From positions 1 through 29,087 of the forward strand of contig JBFWSD010000001.1 of NCBI GenBank assembly GCA_050248575.1: a stretch of 29,087 nt of DNA, in the 5' to 3' direction. This DNA comes from Gemmataceae bacterium (GTDB lineage Bacteria > Planctomycetota > Planctomycetia > Gemmatales > Gemmataceae). Both the position numbers and the translations under genes were made by a program. Positions within the stretch are counted from its first letter, which is position 1. Each line of letters begins with the position of its first letter. Below are positions 8,686 through 17,064 of the stretch, piece after piece. A model generated the notes under the pieces. It did no database searches. It saw only the letters and a list, made by a program, of their open reading frames with translations, and was not told where the DNA came from.

Positions 8686-8891
8686 GCTTGAGACCCTCAA
8701 GTGAGCCCTTCCTCCTCACGCCGCTCTCCATAAGATAATGAGCCGACACGTGCCCGCCCCATCGGGCTACGTGCCGCTCGCGATTACCGCAAAACTGACG
8801 CATAACCGCACGGATGCCAGGGATACGCCCGGCGGGGCCTAGCCAAGCCGGGACGGATGTCTGATTGATTCTCGGTTCGGGAGTAACTGAC

Positions 8892-9566
8892 GTGGCCGCT
8901 GAAGAAAAAACGCCAGAACAAGGGCCGGTCAAGGTCGACGTGTTCAACGGGCAGGGCGAGACGGTCGGCACCGTCGAGATCGACCCCGCCGACTTCGGGG
9001 GCAAGATCAACAAGCAGCTTCTTCATGATGTGGTGCTGATGCACCTGGCCAACCAGCGGGCCGGCACCCATTCGACGCTTCGCCGCGGTGAAGTGGCGGG
9101 CTCCACCAAGAAGCTGTTCCGGCAGAAGGGGACGGGGCGCGCTCGAGCCGGTACCCGCCGCACCAACAAACGGCGCGGCGGCGGCACCGCCAAGGGCCCC
9201 AAGCCGCGCGATTATGAATACCATCTGCCCAAGAAGGCCGTCCGGGCCGCCACCCGCATGGCTCTCTTGAGCAAGGTGCTCGACAAGGAGTTGGTGGTCA
9301 TCGACGAGCTCGCCCTGGCAGAGATCAAGACCAAGAAGATGGCTGGCGTTCTCAAGGTTCTCAAGCTCGACAACACCACCTGCCTGATCGGCACCGCCGG
9401 GCAGGACGACAAGGTCTACAAGTCGGCCCGCAACCTGAAGGGCGTCGAGGTGTCGCCGGCCGCCCAGCTGAATGCGTACACGGTGTTGCAACACAAGAGG
9501 CTGCTGCTCACCAAGGCCGCCCTCGAAGAACTTCGCCAGAACAAGAAAGCCAAGGCGAAAGCCTGA
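8892..9566 (+). CDS. rplD: 50S ribosomal protein L4
   Basis: [32 protein letters not shown]...[17 protein letters not shown] start inferred after GGGAG. Confidence 0.96.
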   Translation: MAAEEKTPEQGPVKVDVFNGQGETVGTVEIDPADFGGKINKQLLHDVVLMHLANQRAGTHSTLRRGEVAGSTKKLFRQKGTGRARAGTRRTNKRRGGGTAKGPKPRDYEYHLPKKAVRAATRMALLSKVLDKELVVIDELALAEIKTKKMAGVLKVLKLDNTTCLIGTAGQDDKVYKSARNLKGVEVSPAAQLNAYTVLQHKRLLLTKAALEELRQNKKAKAKA

Positions 9567-9586
9567 TTCCGCGAAGGAAGACTGTC

Positions 9587-9916
9587 ATGGCCAAGCCCAA
9601 TGAAACCAAGGTTCGCCGCAAGGACCGCGGGCCGAAGCTCGACCCGCATCAGGTCCTGCTCCAGCCCCTCGTTACCGAGAAGGGCACGCACCAGTTCACG
9701 CGGCACAACGCCTATCCGTTCCAGGTCAACCTGTGGGCGACCAAGGAGCAGATTCGCGATGCCGTGGAAGACATGTTCGGCGTGCGGGTCTTGAAGGTTC
9801 GTACGCAGAACCGCCTCGGCAAGACGCGCCGCTATCGCTTCCGCCTGGGCAAGCTGCCCAACTGGAAGAAGGCGATCGTCACCTTGCACGAGGAAGATCG
9901 CATTGAGTTCTTCTGA
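9587..9916 (+). CDS. rplW: 50S ribosomal protein L23
   Basis: PLVTEKG...YPFQVNLWATKEQIRDAVEDMFGVRVLKVRT...WKKAIVTL. Confidence 0.96.
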   Translation: MAKPNETKVRRKDRGPKLDPHQVLLQPLVTEKGTHQFTRHNAYPFQVNLWATKEQIRDAVEDMFGVRVLKVRTQNRLGKTRRYRFRLGKLPNWKKAIVTLHEEDRIEFF

Positions 9917-9962
9917 GAGCTGGCCCGCCAGGGCCGGGTCCCAGCCGATGGGAAGGTGAAGC

Positions 9963-10817
9963 ATGGGTATTCGACACTACAAGCCGACCACTCCCGGGCG
10001 TCGCCAGGGCAGCGTCAGCGATTTTGCCGAGCTGACCGACCGCAAGAAGAAGCCCGAAAAGGGGCTGGTCAAGCCGCTCAAGAAGAAGGGCGGCCGCAAC
10101 AACCAGGGCGTCACCTGCACGCGCTTCCGGGGCGGCGGCCACAAGCGCATGTATCGCCTCATCGACTTCAAGCGCAACAAGGATGGTTCGTGGGCCGAGG
10201 TCGAGGCCATCGAGTACGATCCGAATCGTTCCACGCGTATTGCCCTCCTCAAGTACGAGGACGGCGAGAAGCGTTACGTGCTGGCCCCCGAAGGTTTGAA
10301 GGCCGGCGACAAGATCATCTCGGGCGAAGAGGTCGAGCCGCGCGTGGGCAACTGCATGCCGCTGCGCCGCATCCCGCTCGGCATGTCGATCCACAACGTG
10401 GAGATGCAGCCGGGCAAGGGGGGCCAGCTTTGCCGCTCGGCCGGCACCAGCGTGACGCTCACGGCCCGCGAAGGCCAGTGGGCCCAGATCACGCTCCCCT
10501 CGGGCGAAGTGCGGCGTATCAACTCGGAATGCCGCGCTACCATCGGCGCGCTGGGCAATGCCGACCACATGAACATCAAGATCGGCAAGGCGGGCCGCGT
10601 GCGCTGGAAGGGGCGACGGCCCCACAATCGCGGCGTGGCGATGAATCCGGTCAGCCATCCGATGGGGGGCGGCGAGGGCCGCACCTCGGGCGGCCGCCAT
10701 CCGTGCAGCCCGACCGGCGTGCTGGCCAAGGGCGGCAAGACGCGCAAGAAGCGGAAACCGTCGAACTCGGCGATCATTCGGCGGCGTCGGCCAGGCCCGC
10801 GTTACACGGCCCGCTGA
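9963..10817 (+). CDS. rplB: 50S ribosomal protein L2
   Basis: GGRNNQG...[16 protein letters not shown]...EYDPNRS...[17 protein letters not shown]. Confidence 0.98.
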   Translation: MGIRHYKPTTPGRRQGSVSDFAELTDRKKKPEKGLVKPLKKKGGRNNQGVTCTRFRGGGHKRMYRLIDFKRNKDGSWAEVEAIEYDPNRSTRIALLKYEDGEKRYVLAPEGLKAGDKIISGEEVEPRVGNCMPLRRIPLGMSIHNVEMQPGKGGQLCRSAGTSVTLTAREGQWAQITLPSGEVRRINSECRATIGALGNADHMNIKIGKAGRVRWKGRRPHNRGVAMNPVSHPMGGGEGRTSGGRHPCSPTGVLAKGGKTRKKRKPSNSAIIRRRRPGPRYTAR

Positions 10818-10899
10818 GGCAAAAACCTTGTGGTGAGCTGGCCGAAGGCCGCTCCGGCGTTTATAGTAACTATTTCCGAAATTTCGGGAGTGGTGGAGC

Positions 10900-11190
10900 A
10901 TGAGTCGTTCGTTGAAGAAGGGCCCGCACGTCGACCTGAGGCTGCTCGCCAAGGTCGAGAAGCAGGAACGATCGCCGCAGCGCGAGCCGATCAAGACCTG
11001 GTCGCGCGATTGCACGATCGTGCCCGACTTCATCGGCCACACCTTCCTGGTGCACAACGGCAAGTCGTTCATTAAGCTGTTCGTGACCGAGGACATGGTG
11101 GGGCATAAGCTGGGCGAGTTCGCCCCGACGCGGATCTTCAAGGGGCACTCGGGCGGCAAGAAGGCTGCCGCCGGCCCGCCTGGCAAGTAG
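10900..11190 (+). CDS. rpsS: 30S ribosomal protein S19
   Basis: [12 protein letters not shown]...IKTWSR...VHNGK...[13 protein letters not shown]. Confidence 0.98.
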   Translation: MSRSLKKGPHVDLRLLAKVEKQERSPQREPIKTWSRDCTIVPDFIGHTFLVHNGKSFIKLFVTEDMVGHKLGEFAPTRIFKGHSGGKKAAAGPPGK

Positions 11191-11199
11191 GAAACACAA

Positions 11200-11271
11200 C
11201 CCGGGGTGGAGCAGTGGTAGCTCGCCAGGCTCATAACCTGGAGGTCGCAGGTTCAAATCCTGCCCCCGGAA
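11200..11271 (+). tRNA. tRNA-Met(CAT), initiator (fMet) type; CCA not encoded
   Basis: Cloverleaf: acceptor CCCGGGG/CCCCGGA with a C1:A72 mismatch, D arm GAGC-AGTGGTA-GCTC, anticodon arm CCAGG-CTCATAA-CCTGG, T arm GCAGG-TTCAAAT-CCTGC, discriminator A11271. Confidence 0.95.
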
Positions 11272-11322
11272 CTGAATGACGCAACGCCGGGTCGGGCCCG
11301 GCTTCATGTGGAGAATGACAGG

Positions 11323-11679
11323 ATGGCTGTCCAGTACAAGGCCAAGCATCGGTTTGCCGACATGTCGGCGCGGAAAATCCGTCCGGTCGCGGCCATGATC
11401 CGAGGCCGTCGCGCCGACGAGGCGCTCGAGCTGTTGCGCTACTTGCCCAACAAGAGTGCCAGGCTGCTCGAGCAGGTCTTGAAGAGCGCGCTGGGCAATG
11501 CCGAAGACAGGGGCGCCCGGCACATCGACGATCTGGTCGTCGTCGAGTCGCGCGTCGACGGCGGGCCGATGCTCAAGCGCATCATGCCGCGGGCGCGCGG
11601 CACTGCCTACCTGATCCAGCGCCGCCTGTCGCACATCCACATCACCGTGGCCGACCCCCACGCCGAGGAAGAGGGATGA
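11323..11679 (+). CDS. rplV: 50S ribosomal protein L22
   Basis: MSARKIRPVAAMIRG...KVLKSA-like motif QVLKSALGNAE...GPMLKRIMPRARG...HIHITV. ATG 11323 after GGAG. Confidence 0.96.
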   Translation: MAVQYKAKHRFADMSARKIRPVAAMIRGRRADEALELLRYLPNKSARLLEQVLKSALGNAEDRGARHIDDLVVVESRVDGGPMLKRIMPRARGTAYLIQRRLSHIHITVADPHAEEEG

Positions 11680-11774
11680 GACGTCGGCCCGCACTGCCTT
11701 GACGCCATGCGGGCAGCACCCGGGACTGCGAAACCGTTCGTTGTCCCCGAGCGACTATTTGAGTTGAGGAATCC

Positions 11775-12473
11775 ATGGGGCAGAAAGTCAGACCTACCGG
11801 CTTCCGCGTCGGCGTGATGTTCGACTGGTTCAGCCAGTGGTACGCGACCAAGCACGACTTCGCCGAACTGCTGGTGGAAGACACCAAGATCCGCCACTAC
11901 ATCAAGAAGCGTTACGCCCGTTCGGGCATCTCGCGCATCCGCATTGATCGCACGCGTGAGAAGGTCGTCGTCTACATCTACTCGAACCGCGTCGGCATGA
12001 TCATCGGCAAGAAGGGGCAGGAAGTCGACAAGCTGACCAAGGATCTGGAAGACCTGACCCATCGCCACATCGAAGTGAAGACGATGGAAGTGGCCCGCCC
12101 GGAAGTCGACCCGCAGCTGGTCGCCGAGGACATCGCCGAGCAGCTCGAGAAGCGGGCCAGCTTCCGCCGCACCATGAAGCGGACCATCGATCAGACGATG
12201 GAAGCGGGGGCCAAGGGTGTGAAGATACAGATGTCGGGGCGGCTCGGCGGCGCTGAAATGGCCCGGCAGGAAACCGCCATGGCGGGCAGCATTCCACTGT
12301 CCACCTTGCGCGCCAAAGTGGAATACGGCTTTGCCGAGGCGGCCACCGCCCAGGGGCACATCGGCATCAAGGTCTGGATCAATAACGGGGATTACCTCGA
12401 GGAGAGCAGCGATGCCGCTCATGCCCAAACGAGTAAAGTACCGAAAAAGCCAGCGCGGCAAAATAAAAGGTAA
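11775..12473 (+). CDS. rpsC: 30S ribosomal protein S3
   Basis: MGQKVRPTGFRVG...GMIIGKKGQEV...SGRLGGAEMARQE...PLSTLRAKVEY...GHIGIKVWI. Confidence 0.97.
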   Translation: MGQKVRPTGFRVGVMFDWFSQWYATKHDFAELLVEDTKIRHYIKKRYARSGISRIRIDRTREKVVVYIYSNRVGMIIGKKGQEVDKLTKDLEDLTHRHIEVKTMEVARPEVDPQLVAEDIAEQLEKRASFRRTMKRTIDQTMEAGAKGVKIQMSGRLGGAEMARQETAMAGSIPLSTLRAKVEYGFAEAATAQGHIGIKVWINNGDYLEESSDAAHAQTSKVPKKPARQNKR

Positions 12474-12831
12474 TGCCTCGCGCGGCAACAAGGTATCGCT
12501 CGGTGAGTTCGGCTTGCAGGCCCTCGAAGGGGGCTGGCTCAGCGCCGAATGCATCGAGGCGGGCCGTATCACCGCCACCCACTCCGTGCGCGGCGAGGGC
12601 CGGCTCTACATCCGCGTTTTCCCGCACAAGTCGGTGACCAGCATTCCCCTCGAAACCCGCATGGGCAAGGGGAAGGGGGAGCCGGAATACTGGGCCGCGG
12701 TGGTGCGGCCCGGCATGATCCTGTTCGAGATCGCCGGTCTGCCCGAGGCGGCGGCCCGCGATTGCCTGGCCCGCGTGGCCTACAAGATGCCGTTCAAGTG
12801 CCGCTTTGTCGGCCGGCGCCCGAACGTGTAA
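12412..12831 (+). CDS. rplP: 50S ribosomal protein L16
   Basis: MPLMPKRVKYRKSQRG...RVFPHKSVT...RMGKGKGEPEYW. AGGAG RBS at 12400-12404. Confidence 0.97.
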   Translation: MPLMPKRVKYRKSQRGKIKGNASRGNKVSLGEFGLQALEGGWLSAECIEAGRITATHSVRGEGRLYIRVFPHKSVTSIPLETRMGKGKGEPEYWAAVVRPGMILFEIAGLPEAAARDCLARVAYKMPFKCRFVGRRPNV

Positions 12832-12847
12832 CCGGGCGGAGGAGCAC

Positions 12848-13051
12848 ATGAAGTCTTCAGAATATCGCGGCATGGGTGACGAGCAGCTCGCCCTGGCCCT
12901 CAAGGAACTGGAGAAGAACCTGTTCCACCTGCGCTTCCAGTCCGCCACCGAGCGGCTGGAAACGCCGAGCGAGATCCGCAAGGCCCGGCGCGAGATCGCC
13001 CGCATCAAGACCATCCAGCGCGAGAAAGTGCTCGCGGCCCAGAAAAAGTAG
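12848..13051 (+). CDS. rpmC: 50S ribosomal protein L29
   Basis: ELEKNLFHLRFQSATERLETPSEIRKARREIARIKTI; expected position after rplP. Confidence 0.95.
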   Translation: MKSSEYRGMGDEQLALALKELEKNLFHLRFQSATERLETPSEIRKARREIARIKTIQREKVLAAQKK

Positions 13052-13098
13052 CATCGGTTCGTCACCAGGAATGAGACATTAGGCATTAGGGAATAGTG

Positions 13099-13407
13099 AT
13101 GTCCGCTCACGAACGAGGCAAGCGACGGGTTGCGGTTGGCGTGGTAACCAGCGACAAGATGGACAAGACCCGCCGGGTCGAGATTCATCGGCTCGTCAAG
13201 CATCCGGTCTATGGCAAGTACATTCGCCGGCGGACCATCTGCTACACCCACGATGAAAAGAACGAGTCCCGTGCGGGCGACACGGTCGAGATCATGGAAA
13301 CCAGGCCGATGTCCAAGATGAAGACGTGGCGGCTGGTGCGCGTGGTCACCAAGGCCCCCGAGGCGGCGGCAACCGCCGACGAGCAAGGCGAACGGGCCCA
13401 GGCTTGA
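13099..13407 (+). CDS. rpsQ: 30S ribosomal protein S17
   Basis: [11 protein letters not shown]...[10 protein letters not shown]...HDEKNE...[20 protein letters not shown]. Confidence 0.97.
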   Translation: MSAHERGKRRVAVGVVTSDKMDKTRRVEIHRLVKHPVYGKYIRRRTICYTHDEKNESRAGDTVEIMETRPMSKMKTWRLVRVVTKAPEAAATADEQGERAQA

Positions 13408-13420
13408 GGCCCGAGCATAC

Positions 13421-13439
13421 CGAGAAGCCGGGCTTCTCG
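13421..13439. repeat. REP-like palindrome, GAGAAGC-N-GCTTCTC family
   Basis: CGAGAAGCC-G-GGCTTCTCG; related copies at 4060-4080 and 17036-17052. Confidence 0.7.
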
Positions 13440-13453
13440 AGGGAGTAGCTGCG

Positions 13454-13822
13454 ATGATTCAGGAATACACGTATCTCGACGTTGCCGACAACACCGGCGC
13501 CAAGGAATGCATGTGCATCAAGGTGCTGGGGGGCAGCCGGCGCCGCTATGCCGGGCTGGGCGACATCATCGTCGCCAGCGTCAAGAAGGCCATCCCCGGC
13601 GCCGACGTCAAGCCGGGCGAGGTGGTCAAGGGGGTGGTGGTGCGCGTCAAGCGGGCGGCCCGCCGCGACGACGGCAGCTACGTCCGTTTCGATCGCAACG
13701 CCCTGGTGCTGATCGATGCCGACAACAACCCGCGCGGCACGCGCATCTTCGGGGCCGTGGCCCGCGAGCTGCGTGAACGCAACTTCATGAAGATCGTCAG
13801 CCTGGCCGCCGAGGTGGTGTGA
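13454..13822 (+). CDS. rplN: 50S ribosomal protein L14
   Basis: [18 protein letters not shown]...[11 protein letters not shown]...[13 protein letters not shown]...IVSLAAEVV. Confidence 0.98.
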   Translation: MIQEYTYLDVADNTGAKECMCIKVLGGSRRRYAGLGDIIVASVKKAIPGADVKPGEVVKGVVVRVKRAARRDDGSYVRFDRNALVLIDADNNPRGTRIFGAVARELRERNFMKIVSLAAEVV

Positions 13823-13829
13823 GGAAACC

Positions 13830-14186
13830 ATGGACATCCGCAAAGACGACATCGTCGAGATCATCACCGGGGACGACGCGGGCGGCCGCACCGGCCGCGT
13901 GCTGCGCGTGCTGGCCAGCGAAGGCAAGCTCGTCGTCGAGGGCGTCAACCAGGTGCACAAGCACCTGAAGCCAAGCCGGCAGAACCCGCAAGGGGGCCGC
14001 TTGCTCAAGGAAATGCCCATCGACATCTCCAACGTGATGCTCTACTGCACCACGTGCAAGCGCGGCACGCGCGGCGGCCGCCGCTACACCGCCGAGGGTG
14101 TCAAGGAACGCTATTGCAAGAAGTGCAAGAACGCCTACCCGGGCAAGCCGCTCGGCAAGGCCCGCAAGGCATACGCCAAGAAGTAG
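13830..14186 (+). CDS. rplX: 50S ribosomal protein L24 (CxxC...CxxC variant)
   Basis: [14 protein letters not shown]...[11 protein letters not shown]...[10 protein letters not shown]. Confidence 0.96.
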   Translation: MDIRKDDIVEIITGDDAGGRTGRVLRVLASEGKLVVEGVNQVHKHLKPSRQNPQGGRLLKEMPIDISNVMLYCTTCKRGTRGGRRYTAEGVKERYCKKCKNAYPGKPLGKARKAYAKK

Positions 14187-14263
14187 ACGAGAAAGACGCC
14201 CGTGCGCGTCCGATGGTGACAATGCGACAATGATGCGACCGGCGTGTCGACGAGGTGAGGACA

Positions 14264-14806
14264 ATGGCCCGTTTGCAGGAACGTTACCAGAAAGAGATCG
14301 TCGGTCGGCTGGCCGAGAAGCTGAGTCGCAAAAACGTGCTCAGCTTGCCGCGCTTGCAGAAGATCGTCGTCAACATGGGTGTGGGCAAGGCGCTGCAAGA
14401 GAAGAACCGCATGGACCAGGCGGTCGAACACCTGTCGCAGATCACCGGACAGAAGCCGGTGATCCGCAAGGCGACCAAGTCGGTGGCCGGCTTCCGCCTG
14501 CGTGAAGGGCAGGCCGTGGGCTGCATGGTGACCTTGCGGGGCCGCCGCATGTACGAGTTCCTCGACCGCTTGATCAGCATCGCCCTGCCTCGTATTCGCG
14601 ACTTTCGCGGTGTGAATCCGAAGAGCTTCGACGGCCAGGGCAATTACAGCCTCGGCCTCAGCGAACAGATGGTCTTCCCGGAAATCGACCCGGACAAGGT
14701 GACCTTCACGCAGGGCATGGACATCACCTTCGTGACCAGCACCAAGAACGACGACGAGGCCCGCGAGCTGCTGCGGCAGTTCGGCATGCCCTTCCGTGAG
14801 AGCTGA
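14264..14806 (+). CDS. rplE: 50S ribosomal protein L5
   Basis: [13 protein letters not shown]...ITGQKP...FRLREG...VTLRG...LPRIRDFRG...DGQGNYSLG. Confidence 0.98.
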   Translation: MARLQERYQKEIVGRLAEKLSRKNVLSLPRLQKIVVNMGVGKALQEKNRMDQAVEHLSQITGQKPVIRKATKSVAGFRLREGQAVGCMVTLRGRRMYEFLDRLISIALPRIRDFRGVNPKSFDGQGNYSLGLSEQMVFPEIDPDKVTFTQGMDITFVTSTKNDDEARELLRQFGMPFRES

Positions 14807-14874
14807 GATCAGGGGATGGGCTTTGGACATTGATTGGTCATCAGGAATTACTCATTAGTCATTTGGGGACAGAC

Positions 14875-15111
14875 ATGTCCGTCAAGGCAAAGAGAGTGAA
14901 ATTTCAGCGCCAGCTCGACAAGATCGAGAAGGCCAAGCGAGAGCCGGAGAAGGTCAAGCTGACGCCGCGCGAACGGATTCGCATCCGGCTGCGTTGCCGG
15001 CTGTGCGGCCGCCCGCGGGCCGTCTACCGCAAGTTCGGCATCTGCCGCATCTGCTTCCGCAACATGGCCAGCGACGGGCTCATCCCCGGCGTGAAGAAGG
15101 CGAGCTGGTAA
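14875..15111 (+). CDS. rpsN: 30S ribosomal protein S14, zinc-binding (type Z) form
   Basis: [23 protein letters not shown]...IPGVKKASW. 78 aa. Confidence 0.96.
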   Translation: MSVKAKRVKFQRQLDKIEKAKREPEKVKLTPRERIRIRLRCRLCGRPRAVYRKFGICRICFRNMASDGLIPGVKKASW

Positions 15112-15124
15112 GGAGCCAAGTGCG

Positions 15125-15571
15125 ATGTTGACTGATCCGATCGCTGACATGCTGACGCGCATCCGCAATGCCAACCGGATCGAGCGGCCCGCCGTCGACA
15201 TGCCCGTGACCAAGCTGAAGATCAAGGTGGCCCAGGTCCTGAAGGACGAGGGCTTCGTGATCGATTTCGAGGTGGGCAGGATGGCGACCGGCGACAATGG
15301 CGTCACCGCCTTCCAGGCCGATCCGGCAGCGCGGGGCAAAGACGCACTCCTGCGCGTGTATCTGAAGTACGGTCCGGAAGGGGAGCGGGTCATTCGCCGC
15401 ATCGAGCGGCTGAGTCGGCCCGGCTGCCGACTTTACAAGAGCTATCAAGATTTGCGGCCGGTGCTCGATGGACTGGGCATCTCCATTATCAGCACCAGCC
15501 GTGGTGTCATGAGCGACCGCCAGGCCCGCAAGCAGCGGGTGGGCGGCGAGGTCCTGTGCAACGTCTGGTAA
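15125..15571 (+). CDS. rpsH: 30S ribosomal protein S8
   Basis: TDPIADMLTRIRNA...LKY...SRPGCRLY...GLGISIISTSRGVM...GGEVLC. Confidence 0.97.
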   Translation: MLTDPIADMLTRIRNANRIERPAVDMPVTKLKIKVAQVLKDEGFVIDFEVGRMATGDNGVTAFQADPAARGKDALLRVYLKYGPEGERVIRRIERLSRPGCRLYKSYQDLRPVLDGLGISIISTSRGVMSDRQARKQRVGGEVLCNVW

Positions 15572-15579
15572 GGTGGGCC

Positions 15580-16128
15580 ATGTCGCGAATCGGCAAACAA
15601 CCTGTGGCAATCCCGTCGGGTGTGAAAGTCAACCTGGCCGATGGCAACACCATCAAGGTCGAGGGACCGAAGGGCAAGCTCGAGCTGAGCTGGCACCGCA
15701 ATATGTCGGTCAAGGTCGAGGACAACAAGGTGCTGATCACGCGCCCCAACGACGAGCGGTTGAACCGCGCCCTGCACGGGCTGACGCGCAGCCTGATCAA
15801 CAACATGGTTCAGGGGGTTACCAAGGGCTTCGAGAAACGCCTCAAGATCGAAGGCATCGGTTACCAGGCGCGCATGGACAAGAAGTCGGTGGTGTTGACG
15901 GTTGGTTATTCGAACGCCATCAGCTTGACGCCGCCCGACGGCGTGACCGTGGAGCTGCCCGACCCGACGACGATCGTGGTGCGCGGCGCGGACAAGCAAA
16001 AAGTAGGGCAGTTTGCGGCCGAGGTGCGGGCCTCGCGCAAGCCCGAGCCCTACAAGGGCAAGGGCATCCGCTACGAGAACGAGCAGATCATCCGCAAGGA
16101 AGGCAAGTCCTTCGCGAGCGGCGGTTGA
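15580..16128 (+). CDS. rplF: 50S ribosomal protein L6
   Basis: MSRIGKQPV...VEGPKGKL...HGLTRSLINNMVQGV...RKPEPYKGKGIRY. Confidence 0.98.
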   Translation: MSRIGKQPVAIPSGVKVNLADGNTIKVEGPKGKLELSWHRNMSVKVEDNKVLITRPNDERLNRALHGLTRSLINNMVQGVTKGFEKRLKIEGIGYQARMDKKSVVLTVGYSNAISLTPPDGVTVELPDPTTIVVRGADKQKVGQFAAEVRASRKPEPYKGKGIRYENEQIIRKEGKSFASGG

Positions 16129-16143
16129 TGAAGCGAGCGAATC

Positions 16144-16509
16144 ATGGACCAGCAAAAAACCAAGAAACATCGGCAGTTGCGGCGGCGGCGGCATGTGCGC
16201 CGCAAGATGCTGGGGACGACCGAGCGGCCCAGGTTGAGCGTGTTTCGCAGCTCGAAACACATCTACGCTCAGCTCATCGACGACGTGGCCGGCCAGACCC
16301 TGGCCTCTGCCAGCAGCCGCGTCAAGAAAGGCACGGAGGGGGCCTACGGTGGCAACACCAAGGCGGCCGCCGACGTGGGCAAGCAGCTGGCCGAACTGGC
16401 CAAGAGCAAGGGGATCGACAAGGCGGCCTTCGATCGCGGACATTACCGGTATCATGGGCGCGTCAAGGCGCTGGCCGACGCTGCCCGCGCCGGAGGCTTG
16501 CAATTCTAG
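16144..16509 (+). CDS. rplR: 50S ribosomal protein L18
   Basis: [20 protein letters not shown]...[26 protein letters not shown]. Confidence 0.98.
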   Translation: MDQQKTKKHRQLRRRRHVRRKMLGTTERPRLSVFRSSKHIYAQLIDDVAGQTLASASSRVKKGTEGAYGGNTKAAADVGKQLAELAKSKGIDKAAFDRGHYRYHGRVKALADAARAGGLQF

Positions 16510-16518
16510 GAGTGACTG

Positions 16519-17028
16519 ATGGGGCGTGAGCGTGATCGAGATCGAGAATCGCGGCCCGACGAGCTGGAAGAGCGCGTGGTGAAGATTCGCCGTTGCGCTG
16601 CCGTGGTCAAGGGCGGGCGGCGTTTTAGCTTCAATGCCCTCGTCGTCGTCGGCGACCGGCATGGCCGCGTATCGTGGGGCTATGGCAAGGCCAACGAAGT
16701 GCCCCCGGCCGTCGAGAAGGCGACCAAGGACGCCCAGGAGTCGATGCGTCGGCTCAAGAAGGTCCAGCTGGCGGGCGGCTCGATCCCGCATCGCGTGGTG
16801 GGCCGCTTCGGCGCCAGCCGTGTAGTGCTTGTGCCGGCCGGCCCGGGCACGGGCGTGAAGGCGGGCCCGGGCGTGCGCGACGTGCTCGAAGCTTGCGGCA
16901 TCCGCGACATTCTCACCAAGGTGCATGGCAGCACCAACCCGCTCAACCTCGTCAAGGCCACCATCCAGGGGCTGCTCGAGCTGCGCACGCGCGAAGACGT
17001 GGCGCGGCTGCGCGGAGTCACCTTGTAA
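16519..17028 (+). CDS. rpsE: 30S ribosomal protein S5
   Basis: [18 protein letters not shown]...[13 protein letters not shown]...PAGPGTG...[12 protein letters not shown]. Confidence 0.98.
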   Translation: MGRERDRDRESRPDELEERVVKIRRCAAVVKGGRRFSFNALVVVGDRHGRVSWGYGKANEVPPAVEKATKDAQESMRRLKKVQLAGGSIPHRVVGRFGASRVVLVPAGPGTGVKAGPGVRDVLEACGIRDILTKVHGSTNPLNLVKATIQGLLELRTREDVARLRGVTL

Positions 17029-17035
17029 CGCAGCG

Positions 17036-17052
17036 GAGAAGCCGAGCTTCTC
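17036..17052. repeat. REP-like palindrome, GAGAAGC-N-GCTTCTC family
   Basis: GAGAAGC-CGA-GCTTCTC in the rpsE-rplO spacer. Confidence 0.65.
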
Positions 17053-17064
17053 GTGGAGTGAGCA

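Noticed and set aside
8738-8842. 34-codon ORF as an rplC remnant or leader peptide
   Set aside because: MSRHVPAPSGYVPLAITAKLTHNRTDARDTPGGA shows no L3-like motif and has no RBS, so it is not called as a CDS.
11200-11271. tRNA as elongator Met or Ile2 (lysidine) type, or as a prophage attachment scar
   Set aside because: The C1:A72 mismatch and overall sequence match initiator tRNAs. No integrase or duplicated tRNA 3' end is present in the window.
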